A stretch of DNA of 64,000 bases, taken from contig CAVQMZ010000014.1 in the NCBI GenBank assembly GCA_963713725.1, positions 69,938 through 133,937 on the forward strand. Reading direction: 5' to 3'. Of the stretch, positions 53,887 to 62,553 are shown in pieces. This DNA is from an uncultured Bacteroidota bacterium. GTDB taxonomy: Bacteria; Bacteroidota; Bacteroidia; Bacteroidales; GCA-2748055. The position numbers were made by a program, and so were the translations under genes. Each line of letters begins with the position of its first letter. Positions within the stretch are counted from its first letter, which is position 1. The notes beneath the pieces are model-generated. The model did not search any database, was not told the origin of the DNA, and worked only from the letters and a program-made list of their open reading frames with translations.

Positions 53887-54250
53887 AGAGTTCCAAGGTC
53901 TCTTTTTGCATCAGGACCCAGATCGAGTATACTCCCTTGGCTGTTCCGATGGGTATATTCAGGCAATTGATTGCTGATACAATCATTACCAGGATACGGG
54001 CCCAGGGCTTGTATGAGAAAAGCCCGATTCCACCAATGATGCCCAGGGCTGCAAAGAACATGATCACAAGAGAGAGAGTACCGCCAAGGAAGGAGAGGAT
54101 TTCCTCGGCCAGAGGTTCGTCCATAACAAAACCCTGGGCGAAGTTAAAGATGATAAACACGGTCAGGGCTCCAAGAAGGCCCAGAACTCCAAAACCAATG
54201 TGAATAGCCCCCACGAAGGAGACATGCTGCTTCATATTTCTATTTTCCAT
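53873..54250 (-). CDS. Hypothetical membrane protein
   Basis: Three hydrophobic helices; WARIL..LNIPIGTA.GVYSIWVL. Confidence 0.7.
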   Translation of the reverse strand: MENRNMKQHVSFVGAIHIGFGVLGLLGALTVFIIFNFAQGFVMDEPLAEEILSFLGGTLSLVIMFFAALGIIGGIGLFSYKPWARILVMIVSAINCLNIPIGTAKGVYSIWVLMQKETLELFEQA

Positions 54251-54272
54251 TTTTCAAGTAATTTTAATTCAT

Positions 54273-54785
54273 TTAATCGGTGTCGTAAAGCTTAATAAAT
54301 TCATAAGAGTTTCCACTCCACTGGAGAAAGCTCAGGAAGTCTGGCTTGCTTATTACCAGTGTTGAGGTGTTTTCATTGGGATGAAAGGATATGGACTCAG
54401 CCTTTTCCAGGGCTTCATCCAGGAAGAGGTGGACATGGTTTTCTTGATCATTTATTAGTCCGAATACAGATACTGACCCTCCAGAAAGAGCAAGGTATTT
54501 TTCCATCCTCTTCGGGGAGGCAAAGGATATTTTTCCCTGCCGAAGACGCTGTTCCAGGTCACGGATATTCAGGAGGCGGTCATGGCGCAAAATTACCAGG
54601 TAATGCCGGTTTCCCTTATGGTTTCTGAAAAAGAGATTTTTACAATGGGTGGCATCAATCTTATTCCAGTATGGTAATGCTTCCTCTACGGTAGGAACCG
54701 GTGGATGTTCATGAAGATCATATTCAATCTTCAGCTCATCCAGGACCTCAAGTACTTTCTCTCTTTTATTCTTCTCTTCACTCAT
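54273..54785 (-). CDS. YbaK/ProX family aminoacyl-tRNA editing protein
   Basis: HPPV.TVEE, CKNLF, SFAS, GSVS.FGLIND, FHPNENT. Confidence 0.88.
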   Translation of the reverse strand: MSEEKNKREKVLEVLDELKIEYDLHEHPPVPTVEEALPYWNKIDATHCKNLFFRNHKGNRHYLVILRHDRLLNIRDLEQRLRQGKISFASPKRMEKYLALSGGSVSVFGLINDQENHVHLFLDEALEKAESISFHPNENTSTLVISKPDFLSFLQWSGNSYEFIKLYDTD

Positions 54786-55734
54786 TTGGACGGATCAGGT
54801 TTGTTAATTGAACACGGTTTTTCACACCTGTTTTAGTGAAAATCCGATGGGTATGGTCTTTGACGGTTTGCAGGGAAATAAAAAGCGCATCACTGATCTC
54901 CTGGTTGGACAGGCCTTTGCTGATCAGCTGGATCACTTCCTTTTCCCGTTTTGAAATTTCATATTTCCTGGCAAAAGAATCCAGTGAAGCCGCATAATCC
55001 CTTTGGAGTGTGGTCTTTTCTCCATGATATTTACCCAGATAAAGACTTATATGCAGAATGGGAATCAGATGCCAGGAGAGAAAGAACAAAATAAATACAA
55101 AGGGAAGAAGGGGATGCAGGTCCGAAAGCAGAAAAGCTGCCACGGTAAGTAGCATATATATGAGGTAAAGCACGGCAGAAATTATGGCAAATCTGCGTTC
55201 GTGGAAAACCAGTTTTCGTGAAAAACCCAGCGACATCATAAATATTGACAGGTAGAGTAACATCAGGATACCTGCAAATACCCAGCGCTGAACCAGGATA
55301 AAAAGCTGGTGGTCTCCCTGCTCAAGTCTGGTAATTCTGAAAGCCCAGAATCCATATAAAACAAGCCCCAGGAAGGAAAGGATGAAATATATCGCGGTAA
55401 ATGATTTCCAGATCTTTCTGGAAAGTAGCTCGGTAAAACTCCGGATGATTGCGTAAAGTGAAAGGGATAAAAGAGGGATGCCCGGAAGGGTTGCAAAAAA
55501 CCTGCTGGTTCGGATGGTATCCTGATCGGCTTCCATGGTGGCCAGAAGGTGTTCGAGAATGCCGGCTCCGATCAGACTGTAGGAACCAAAAATATATAGG
55601 AAGACCAGGAAATAGAAATAAGAGCTCACAAATGCCAGGTGGTATTTTCGCATCAACTGATACGCAAGAAATATACCTATGGCTCCGGCCACCAGCGGTA
55701 TAAAAATGAGTATGAGTTTGAGCGATTCTGCCAT
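54778..55734 (-). CDS. Membrane-embedded LuxR-type HTH regulator
   Basis: About 7 TM helices, then ISKREKEVIQLISKGLSNQEISDALFISLQTVKDH. Confidence 0.87.
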   Translation of the reverse strand: MAESLKLILIFIPLVAGAIGIFLAYQLMRKYHLAFVSSYFYFLVFLYIFGSYSLIGAGILEHLLATMEADQDTIRTSRFFATLPGIPLLSLSLYAIIRSFTELLSRKIWKSFTAIYFILSFLGLVLYGFWAFRITRLEQGDHQLFILVQRWVFAGILMLLYLSIFMMSLGFSRKLVFHERRFAIISAVLYLIYMLLTVAAFLLSDLHPLLPFVFILFFLSWHLIPILHISLYLGKYHGEKTTLQRDYAASLDSFARKYEISKREKEVIQLISKGLSNQEISDALFISLQTVKDHTHRIFTKTGVKNRVQLTNLIRPNE

Positions 55735-55889
55735 AACTTTTGCTTGATGGGTCAATATACAAAATCCAACTTTCGTAGAGGGTAGCCGCCAGGGCAACTT
55801 AGGTAGGAAAAATGAAATCACTACTTAAGTCTGTAGGATGAGGAAGCCCCGCATCTTACATTTGAACATACAATTTAAATCCAAAAGAT

Positions 55890-56576
55890 ATGGTTACAAT
55901 TTATAATAATCCGGAAACAGAATTTATACCCGAAGCTTCGAAAAGTTACAATGCCGGGTGGAGAACAATTGGTATCTACTTTATGGAGTTGCTGGTGATC
56001 GGAATTATCTATTCCATTCTATCGGGACCCATGAGTATCATACAAATTCGGGATGGTGGTTTTGAATGGTACATGATTCCCCTCATCCTGTTTGGGATGA
56101 TGTATGGCATTTTTGTGGCTGGCCCCATAGGTTATGGTGCAAACTGGGTTTTCCTGAAGGCCGTTCGGGGAGAGCGTGTTGAAATCAGGGATATGTTTGC
56201 AGTTTTTCAGCGTAATTACTGGAATGCCGTGGTGGCCAATGTGGTGGTAGCAGTGATTGTGGGTATGGGATTTGTCATGTTGATAGTACCGGGGATTATC
56301 TTCGCCTGTCGTTTGGCTTTCGTTCCCTACCTGGTTGTGGATAAGCAGATGGATGTCATGGAAGCTCTCAGGGTGAGCTGGAATATGACCCGTGGTTACG
56401 GGGGACAAATATTCCTGATGGGGCTGATGGCCTTTTTTATTTGCATCGGTGGTCTGATCTTATTGGTTGTGGGAATATTTGTCTCCATCATGTGGATCAA
56501 AGCATCCTTTGCAGCCATGTACTATGCGGTCGAACAAAAGGATGGAATTCCCGAGTACAATTATCCCGGGCAATAG
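55890..56576 (+). CDS. Integral membrane protein (DUF975-like)
   Basis: LIVPGII...RLAFVPYLVVD..ALRVSW.MT.G. TACATTTG -7 box at 55857-55864. Divergent from the LuxR gene. Confidence 0.72.
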   Translation: MVTIYNNPETEFIPEASKSYNAGWRTIGIYFMELLVIGIIYSILSGPMSIIQIRDGGFEWYMIPLILFGMMYGIFVAGPIGYGANWVFLKAVRGERVEIRDMFAVFQRNYWNAVVANVVVAVIVGMGFVMLIVPGIIFACRLAFVPYLVVDKQMDVMEALRVSWNMTRGYGGQIFLMGLMAFFICIGGLILLVVGIFVSIMWIKASFAAMYYAVEQKDGIPEYNYPGQ

Positions 56577-56587
56577 ATCCTAATAAA

Positions 56588-56615
56588 GACCCGGGAAAAT
56601 TTTCCGGGTCCTTTT
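56588..56615 (+). terminator. Intrinsic terminator
   Basis: GACCCGG..CCGGGTC stem followed by TTTT. Confidence 0.7.
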
Positions 56616-56748
56616 CATAGATAAGTCTTTATTGACTAAATCAGTGCCTTAAGAGCAATCGAAAGATTCAAGGCGAAAACCACCTGTTTTTCTAAAGCTG
56701 ATCATCCCGATTCACAACCAATATTCAATAGAAGCACATTTCCTGCTT

Positions 56749-57534
56749 TTAAAAAACCCTGCTTATCTCATCAAGAGCAAACGCAAAAACTTCTGAAGGT
56801 TTTCCAAGAGTCTCCGGCATAACTTCATGGGGATCTGAAGTATTTGGAAACCACATCTCCTCGTAATTGGTCTGGGGATATACCCGGCAATAAATGGTAC
56901 CGGTATAATCATTCAGAAAATTATACCAACCGCCCCACCACACCCAATTAATATCGTATAAATTGATGGGTGAATAGTCAGGTAGGAATTCAATAAAACT
57001 ATTGGTAAAATTCTCAGCGGAAACGTCAGGTGACTGACTGAAAAAAACATGTATATAATGAATTGGCGGAGATATGTTTGTTGCAAAAGGTTTATTTACC
57101 TCATATGCCTGTAAATAGATGTTAAGCTTGAAGGATCCGTTATAAGCAAGGCTGTCAATACCAAACCAGAATTCAGGAATCTGGTTCATGGTTTGGCTGG
57201 TCAAGGTAGCGGCAGCACCTCCAACATGCCTGAACTGAAAATCTTGAATACTTTCAATATAATTTTCCTTGATCAGGTTAATTCGATAATTTCCAAAAGG
57301 CAGATCTTCAAACAAATAACGTCCCTCCGCATCAGTGAACTGTTCCATAAAGACGGTTTCATTGCTAAGCTGAACCTGAACACCGGATTTATCCTGCAAA
57401 GCGTATCCATAACAATCATTAAGCGACACAATACCTTTAACATCTCCTTTTAAAATGGGCACCTCATCTTTTTTACAGGCAAAAAAGGCACCAATCCCTA
57501 CGAAAAAACAGATATACAAAAGTTTGATTTTCAT
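56749..57534 (-). CDS. Lipoprotein with carboxypeptidase-regulatory-like (prealbumin-fold) domain, paralogue 3
   Basis: FFACKK lipobox; TDAEGRYLFEDLPFGNY.I...KENY. Confidence 0.72.
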   Translation of the reverse strand: MKIKLLYICFFVGIGAFFACKKDEVPILKGDVKGIVSLNDCYGYALQDKSGVQVQLSNETVFMEQFTDAEGRYLFEDLPFGNYRINLIKENYIESIQDFQFRHVGGAAATLTSQTMNQIPEFWFGIDSLAYNGSFKLNIYLQAYEVNKPFATNISPPIHYIHVFFSQSPDVSAENFTNSFIEFLPDYSPINLYDINWVWWGGWYNFLNDYTGTIYCRVYPQTNYEEMWFPNTSDPHEVMPETLGKPSEVFAFALDEISRVF

Positions 57535-57537
57535 ACA

Positions 57538-58293
57538 TCAAGGTGCTATAATTTTTATTACCTGGGAATGCTGTTGCTCATCAACAGTAGAAAATATGGG
57601 TACTCCATAATATTCGCTAAATTCTCCTATTTCTTCGTAGATGCTACAAACATATGCAATTAAATAAAGTGTTTGTCCCTTATCGTATAAATGTTCATTT
57701 TCACTATTAACTATCCCTGGATTAGCACAAAAGACCATAAGCCTGGTATTATTTTCTCTTTCATATGCATAAGCCTGATCACTGTGTGTATAATTTTTAT
57801 TACTTACATTCTCTGTAACATCAACGAACACTCTAATTTGCATTCTATCATTATTATCCCAAGGTATATCTGTTACAATGGCAACCGAATTTTCATCCAT
57901 GTTTGAAAATGAAGGATAATACAATACCGAGCTTAATACTGGTATTTTATAGTCAGCTTTTTTATGCAATTCGATATCAAGAAAGACGGTATCATTCCCA
58001 AAAACCTGTACTCCCTGCCTGAATTTACTCCCATATCCTTCCTTGGAGAATTCGATTTCATAAGTTCCATTACCTAAACCTGGTAATTTAAATTTACCAT
58101 CAAAGTCCGATAAGGTCGATTGACTGCCATACGGTCCATGTGCAATGATAATTGTATTTGTTGCATCAGTATTGTCATGCATCTGAACCGTACCGGTAAT
58201 CATACCGCTGGAATAAAGTGGTTCGGGCTCTTTATTGCAACTACTGCTCAAAAAACCTGTAATAAGTACTATGATTGTGAATTTACAATTCAT
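57538..58293 (-). CDS. Lipoprotein with carboxypeptidase-regulatory-like domain, paralogue 2
   Basis: SSSCNKE lipobox; SDFDGKFKLPGLGNGTYEIEFSKEGYG. Confidence 0.72.
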   Translation of the reverse strand: MNCKFTIIVLITGFLSSSCNKEPEPLYSSGMITGTVQMHDNTDATNTIIIAHGPYGSQSTLSDFDGKFKLPGLGNGTYEIEFSKEGYGSKFRQGVQVFGNDTVFLDIELHKKADYKIPVLSSVLYYPSFSNMDENSVAIVTDIPWDNNDRMQIRVFVDVTENVSNKNYTHSDQAYAYERENNTRLMVFCANPGIVNSENEHLYDKGQTLYLIAYVCSIYEEIGEFSEYYGVPIFSTVDEQQHSQVIKIIAP

Positions 58294-58294
58294 G

Positions 58295-59069
58295 CTAAGG
58301 CATAATAAATGAAAGCTCCTCTGATGCATTGCCTAGGTTTGGGTATATGGTAATATTGTTTTCATAGTCAAAGTAAGTGTCTGTTCCCGTTATGTAGTAG
58401 TAATTGTATACCATTTGAGCAGAAGGGGCCGTGTAAATGCTTGCTTTTAAGTATACCGTATTACCACGATCAAATGGAAGGCCTTCAGTCACTGATGTAT
58501 GGGATCTATAAATATCATAATCATAATACTCAATTAAAGTCAAATTTTTAGTAGCCTTGGCAGATTCAATGGAAAAATTTTCTTCAGTAGAAAAGAACAT
58601 ACGAAGTTTAAGGAGATAAGGTTTATATTGACCGGAAAAAGATACACTTACCCTAATTGAATCATTAATAAATTCAAGATTTATTAGTTGTGTGGTGATG
58701 TATTGACATATGAAAGGTGCATCAGAATAATCTATTACTGTTGGATAACCACCCAAATGCTTCACACTGTGCAATTTCATCGTCCCAAAACCCTCTTTTT
58801 CGAAACTCATATCGTAGGTTCCATTAATCACATTTTTAATTACATATCTTCCATCTTCGTTCGTAATAGCATTGGACTTCCTATCAGGTTCTATAAATAC
58901 ATGTAATACCGCTACAGTCTTCAAGTTGACTTCCATATTCATCGAAACAGAAAGCATAACCAACCATATCCCCTTGAAGATATGGTCTGAATTCATCTTC
59001 TTCGGAACATGCCGAAAAGAAAGGCACAACAAGAATAAAAACGACGGACAGGATTTTTAATGGATCCAT
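58295..59069 (-). CDS. Lipoprotein with carboxypeptidase-regulatory-like domain, paralogue 1 (frameshift near 58,880)
   Basis: FSACSEE lipobox in 58884-59069; TNEDGRYVIKNVINGTYDMSFEKEGFG..HLGG in 58295-59032. Confidence 0.7.
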
Positions 59070-59200
59070 GTGTTTTTATGTTATTATAAATACAAGAGAT
59101 ACAATTATTAAAGATATATTTTACTCTCTGAAATCAGACCTTATTCCTCTCTTTTGTTCTTTCTGATTAATAAATTAGAATATAAGTAATGTAAACTTAG

Positions 59201-59241
59201 GGCGTGACAGGCAGAATGGCGTATGACACAATGTTGTGTGC
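59201..59241 (-). repeat. Truncated attC-like site 1
   Basis: On the minus strand GCACACAAC begins 1 nt after the hydrolase stop codon. It is 8/9 complementary to GTTGTTTGC, which precedes that gene. No matching second arm was found. Confidence 0.55.
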
Positions 59242-59242
59242 T

Positions 59243-60352
59243 TTAATGTAATATTTGAGTTGCAATTTCCTTTGCAATTTTATCGGCGATTAAGAACCTC
59301 CTGGCATTACAAAGCACAACTATGTGCAGGTTTGAAGCTGGAACAGAAAAGATACAGGTTGAAAACCCTCTTCCAGCTCCCGGAGTCCAAACAACTTTTT
59401 GTCCATTCAATTCACTAATAAACCATCCCATCCCATAAGAAGCTTTTTCATCGTAATATATTATCCGACCGACATTTACGGGCTCTCCATTATTTTTATT
59501 GGCCTTCGTCCAGGCTCGATTTAGTTGTTTCTTGGAAATGATCTTTCCAGAAAACAACGCCAATGCCCAATTATTTAAATCATCAAGTGTGGCAACAATA
59601 TCTGCATCTCCTTCTGCCAGATGGTTTTCGTCCAGATATCTTGTAGAATTATTAGGAATACCATTAACATTGCGATAGCCGTTAACCCGGTTTTTGATAA
59701 TACTGAAATAATCCATCCTTTTAGCATTTATCATATTAAATGGGGTGAAGTACACGCTTTTAAGGTATTCCTGATATTTTTGACCGCTTACAGATTCTAC
59801 AATTTTGGCTAACACCCAATACCCTGTATTGGTATAACTCCAGTCTTCACCTGGTGGGAATTTTAAAACTGCTGTGGAATCTCTTACAATTTCGAAAGGC
59901 GTACTGTGCAATTTTTGACCTTCCTTAAAATCATTGAGATAATCCTTTATTCCTCCTGTTTGATTTAATAATTGTTCTATTGTTATTTTATTCCATGCTG
60001 AGGGAATGGAATCAAGATATTTACTTATTGGGTCACTAAGTGCCAGCTTTCCCGCTGCCTCCAATTTGAGTATGGAAACAGCGCAGAATTGTTTTGAAAC
60101 TGACCAAATTCGATAAACTGAAGAATTTGTCATCGGAGCATCCAATTCTAAGTTTGCATAGCCATAGGATTTTTTGATCTTAATGTCATCATCGTGAATA
60201 ACGGATACGGACATTCCAACAATTCCAAGGCTATCCATATATCGAATTACCGTTTCTTCAACTCCCGCTTTGATGTCACTGGAAAACTGAGCAAGTATTG
60301 AATTTGAACAACAGCTAATTGTTAAGATTAGTATGAAATAAAATCTATTCAT
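59243..60352 (-). CDS. Serine hydrolase, beta-lactamase class C/AmpC-like family (cassette 1)
   Basis: SVSK (SxxK), LLNQTGG, F.PG..WSYTN (YxN), YGMGW; signal peptide. Confidence 0.88.
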   Translation of the reverse strand: MNRFYFILILTISCCSNSILAQFSSDIKAGVEETVIRYMDSLGIVGMSVSVIHDDDIKIKKSYGYANLELDAPMTNSSVYRIWSVSKQFCAVSILKLEAAGKLALSDPISKYLDSIPSAWNKITIEQLLNQTGGIKDYLNDFKEGQKLHSTPFEIVRDSTAVLKFPPGEDWSYTNTGYWVLAKIVESVSGQKYQEYLKSVYFTPFNMINAKRMDYFSIIKNRVNGYRNVNGIPNNSTRYLDENHLAEGDADIVATLDDLNNWALALFSGKIISKKQLNRAWTKANKNNGEPVNVGRIIYYDEKASYGMGWFISELNGQKVVWTPGAGRGFSTCIFSVPASNLHIVVLCNARRFLIADKIAKEIATQILH

Positions 60353-60369
60353 AATTTGTTCTTTTTATT

Positions 60370-60510
60370 GCAAACAACGGTTCGGGTAAATAAACTGTTT
60401 GCCAATGGCGCAACATTTTGCGTACGAGATTGCTCTCAATCTAGTTTTGTTACGGGGCGCAAAATGTGTGACATGGCAAATGGAATTTACCACAGTTCAT
60501 TGTTAGCGCC
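60370..60510 (-). repeat. attC-like imperfect hairpin site 2 (141 bp)
   Basis: Plus strand GCAAACAAC-GGTTCG-GGTAAA..TTTGCCAATG..ACATTTTGCG / CGCAAAATGT..CATGGCAAA..TTTACC..GTTAGCGCC. Homologous to 61227-61361. Confidence 0.75.
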
Positions 60511-60516
60511 TGTACA

Positions 60517-60807
60517 CTAAATATCGATCGAAATATTTACTTTGCCGCCCAACCCCTTTTCAACAATATCGTATAAGGTTTTAAGGGTGAGGTTACTCCC
60601 ATTATTTTCTACCCTGGAAATATAGGTTCTCTTCTTGTCCACAAGATCCGCCAATTGGGCCTGTGTAAGATTCTTCTCCTCTCTTGCTTTTCGAAGAAGA
60701 AGACCAATTTTAATTGATTCAAGATCTCGATCAAGTTCATCTCTTCTTTCTGTTCCTGGGTTCCCATAAACAGAATCCTTAATTTCCTTCCAGCTTTTAG
60801 TCTCCAT
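60517..60807 (-). CDS. HigA-like Xre HTH antitoxin
   Basis: YG..GT..R, LRKAREEKNLTQAQLA..KRTYISRVEN; overlaps the toxin stop. Confidence 0.87.
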   Translation of the reverse strand: METKSWKEIKDSVYGNPGTERRDELDRDLESIKIGLLLRKAREEKNLTQAQLADLVDKKRTYISRVENNGSNLTLKTLYDIVEKGLGGKVNISIDI

Positions 60808-61153
60808 TTTCTTGCTCTTTTTCTTTGTAATAATTCTTCATCAAGCGGACTGCCTTATCAATCTCTTTCTGTGGGGTCTTCTGAGTCTTCTTTGTAAAGC
60901 CATTGAGCAGAATAACAAGTTTTCCTTTGTCGAAAAAGCAAAACACCCTCCAGATATCTGATCCAAGCTTAACCCTAGCTTCGTACAGTCCTTTTGTTCC
61001 CTTTAGGAATCTGAGATAGTTTGAGGGAACACGCTCGTAAGTCTCGATTATCTCGATTACCTTATAGATCTTATCCTGCACTTTCGTGTTTTGCTTTCGC
61101 AGGAAAGATTCGAAATAATGCTTATATGCAATTACTTCCCTTACTTTCTCTAT
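60797..61153 (-). CDS. RelE/HigB (Gp49-like) toxin; expected start position reads ATA
   Basis: GLYEARV..WRVFCFFD..VILLNGFTKKTQKTP.KEI..A. The frame is open upstream to ATA-GAG-AAA-GTA at 61153. Confidence 0.85.
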   Translation of the reverse strand: MEKVREVIAYKHYFESFLRKQNTKVQDKIYKVIEIIETYERVPSNYLRFLKGTKGLYEARVKLGSDIWRVFCFFDKGKLVILLNGFTKKTQKTPQKEIDKAVRLMKNYYKEKEQENGD

Positions 61154-61157
61154 AGCA

Positions 61158-61178
61158 CAAAGGTAACTTATAAGTTAC
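61158..61178 (-). promoter_or_regulatory. TA operon -7 box and perfect operator palindrome
   Basis: GTAACTTATAAGTTAC (61163-61178) overlapping minus-strand TACCTTTG (61158-61165). Confidence 0.75.
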
Positions 61179-61226
61179 ATATATCAAAGTAGTGAAATTC
61201 GGAATATTGTTTCCGTATTGGCAAAC

Positions 61227-61361
61227 CGGGTTAACGGTTTGGGTAAACGTACTGTTTGCTAATGACACTACTTTTTGCTTGTAAGGGTACCTGGTCTCTA
61301 TCGTTTGGTTTGAAATGCAAAAAGAGTGACATAGCAAATGGAGTTTACCCTTTGTTGAAGC
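61227..61361 (-). repeat. attC-like imperfect hairpin site 3 (135 bp)
   Basis: Plus strand CGGGTTAAC-GGTTTG-GGTAAAC..TTTGCTAATG..CTTTTTGC / GCAAAAAG..CATAGCAAA..GTTTACCC-TTT-GTTGAAGC. Confidence 0.75.
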
Positions 61362-61391
61362 TTTAGTATATGGACTGTTCTTTTTCTGTTT

Positions 61392-61994
61392 CTATATCTC
61401 ATCATTAACCAAGCTAAAGGTTTGGTTTTCAAATTTTATCTGAATTATCCCATACTCATATGAAAAAATTGCGAATTCTGCATCTCCCAATGAAACGCCA
61501 AAGATCTTTATCGTGTTCTCATAAGTTTGTCCAAGAATTTCTACTGTTGATTTCGCACTCCCTGTATAGGATGCTTTCATAAGGTCATCGTACCCCAAGA
61601 AATCTATATTAGCCATCACATTTTCACCGTTATTAATGTGGGGAGAGATTTTTACTCGCAATATGTTATCACTTTCCCAACCATCCGTACTAAGCCAATA
61701 GGTGACAAAATTGTAATTGGATACTGTCCCGCATCTGTTTTCGTGTATATCAACCATACTACCAAAAGTTCTATCCAAGACTTGAAAAGTAATAAAGGAA
61801 TCGTTTTCAGGGCAGTAAAAAGTAATTGAGTCATTGTCATTGTAATACCTTACTGCATTAGGGGGAGTCCTGTAGGTGATATCATCTGGGCAACACGACC
61901 AGAGAGCTACAATCAAAAGGGGAAATATAAAAGGAAACGATTTATGTGAATATCGGTTTAATCTGGCTGTCAATATTTTGTAAATCAATTTCAA
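61392..61994 (-). CDS. Hypothetical lipoprotein (cassette 3)
   Basis: 200-aa ORF with TTG start and LIVALWSCC lipobox-like motif; ends ..FSYEYGIIQI... Confidence 0.6.
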   Translation of the reverse strand: MKLIYKILTARLNRYSHKSFPFIFPLLIVALWSCCPDDITYRTPPNAVRYYNDNDSITFYCPENDSFITFQVLDRTFGSMVDIHENRCGTVSNYNFVTYWLSTDGWESDNILRVKISPHINNGENVMANIDFLGYDDLMKASYTGSAKSTVEILGQTYENTIKIFGVSLGDAEFAIFSYEYGIIQIKFENQTFSLVNDEI

Positions 61995-62018
61995 TTTTGT
62001 GGCGATTTGAACACTATT

Positions 62019-62093
62019 GCTTCTAACGGAGGTGTTAGGTGTATCGGTTATATATATTTTGTTTCATTCTGGTTTTAAAACGCTGTTATGCTG
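62019..62093 (-). repeat. Short or degenerate attC-like (or attI-like) site 4
   Basis: Plus strand GCTTCTAAC-GGAGGT-GTTAGG has the same AAC-N6-G(G/T)TA geometry as sites 2 and 3. Possible far end GTTATGCTG at 62085-62093. Confidence 0.45.
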
Positions 62094-62483
62094 TCAGTAA
62101 TTGTCAGTAATTACTAATCTCAGAGCTTATTATTTGCAAAATATATTGCACACCAAGTATCCCCAATATCCTTTAATATGGTAAAAAAGGGATAGAGGAT
62201 ACGTGTTATTCAAATGATGTCATGAAGTTGTTGGGGTCCATGGCATGATAAATCTAATGATAATTGACTTATATGCAAGTGTTAGAAATTATCATATACT
62301 CCAGGGCATTAAAGTTGGGCAGGAAATCGACTTCATATAAAGCTTATGTATGGATTATCTCAACACCCTCTATATAAGTTGTGCCTGGGAAGAGCTGCCT
62401 TAGATGAGGCTTAATTGAAGCCCTTAAGTCAGCAGGCGTAAAATAAAGAATTGTTTCAGTAGTGTTTCAGTAGACTGTAAAAA

Positions 62484-62524
62484 AATAGGCGCAAACCCTT
62501 GTCAGTGCTGGGTAATGCGCCTTT
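62484..62524. other. Inverted repeat next to the att core (terminator-like or element end)
   Basis: AGGCGCA..TGCGCCT hairpin with a T-run on the minus strand, directly 3' of the tRNA fragment. Confidence 0.5.
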
Positions 62525-62530
62525 ATCCTT

Positions 62531-62553
62531 GTGGGATGTACTGGAATCGAACC
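62531..62553 (-). mobile_element. att core: duplicated tRNA 3' end (23 bp), isotype not determined
   Basis: Minus strand GGTTCGATTCCAGTACATCCCAC comprises a T-loop, the 3' T-stem, the acceptor strand and the discriminator. The upstream sequence cannot complete a tRNA. An integrase starts about 150 bp away. Confidence 0.75.

Noticed and set aside
56749-59069. Diversity-generating retroelement or shufflon acting on the lipoprotein trio
   Set aside because: No reverse transcriptase, no near-identical template/variable repeat pair and no inverted crossover sites were seen.
59243-60352. Bona fide beta-lactam resistance gene
   Set aside because: It has SxxK and YxN, but the third motif reads TPG rather than KTG/HTG, and the family includes many esterases and peptidases. 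Resistance cannot be claimed.
59201-62093. CRISPR array or IS/MITE ends
   Set aside because: The repeats are 135-141 bp, divergent and separated by whole genes. No cas or transposase gene and no target-site duplications were seen.
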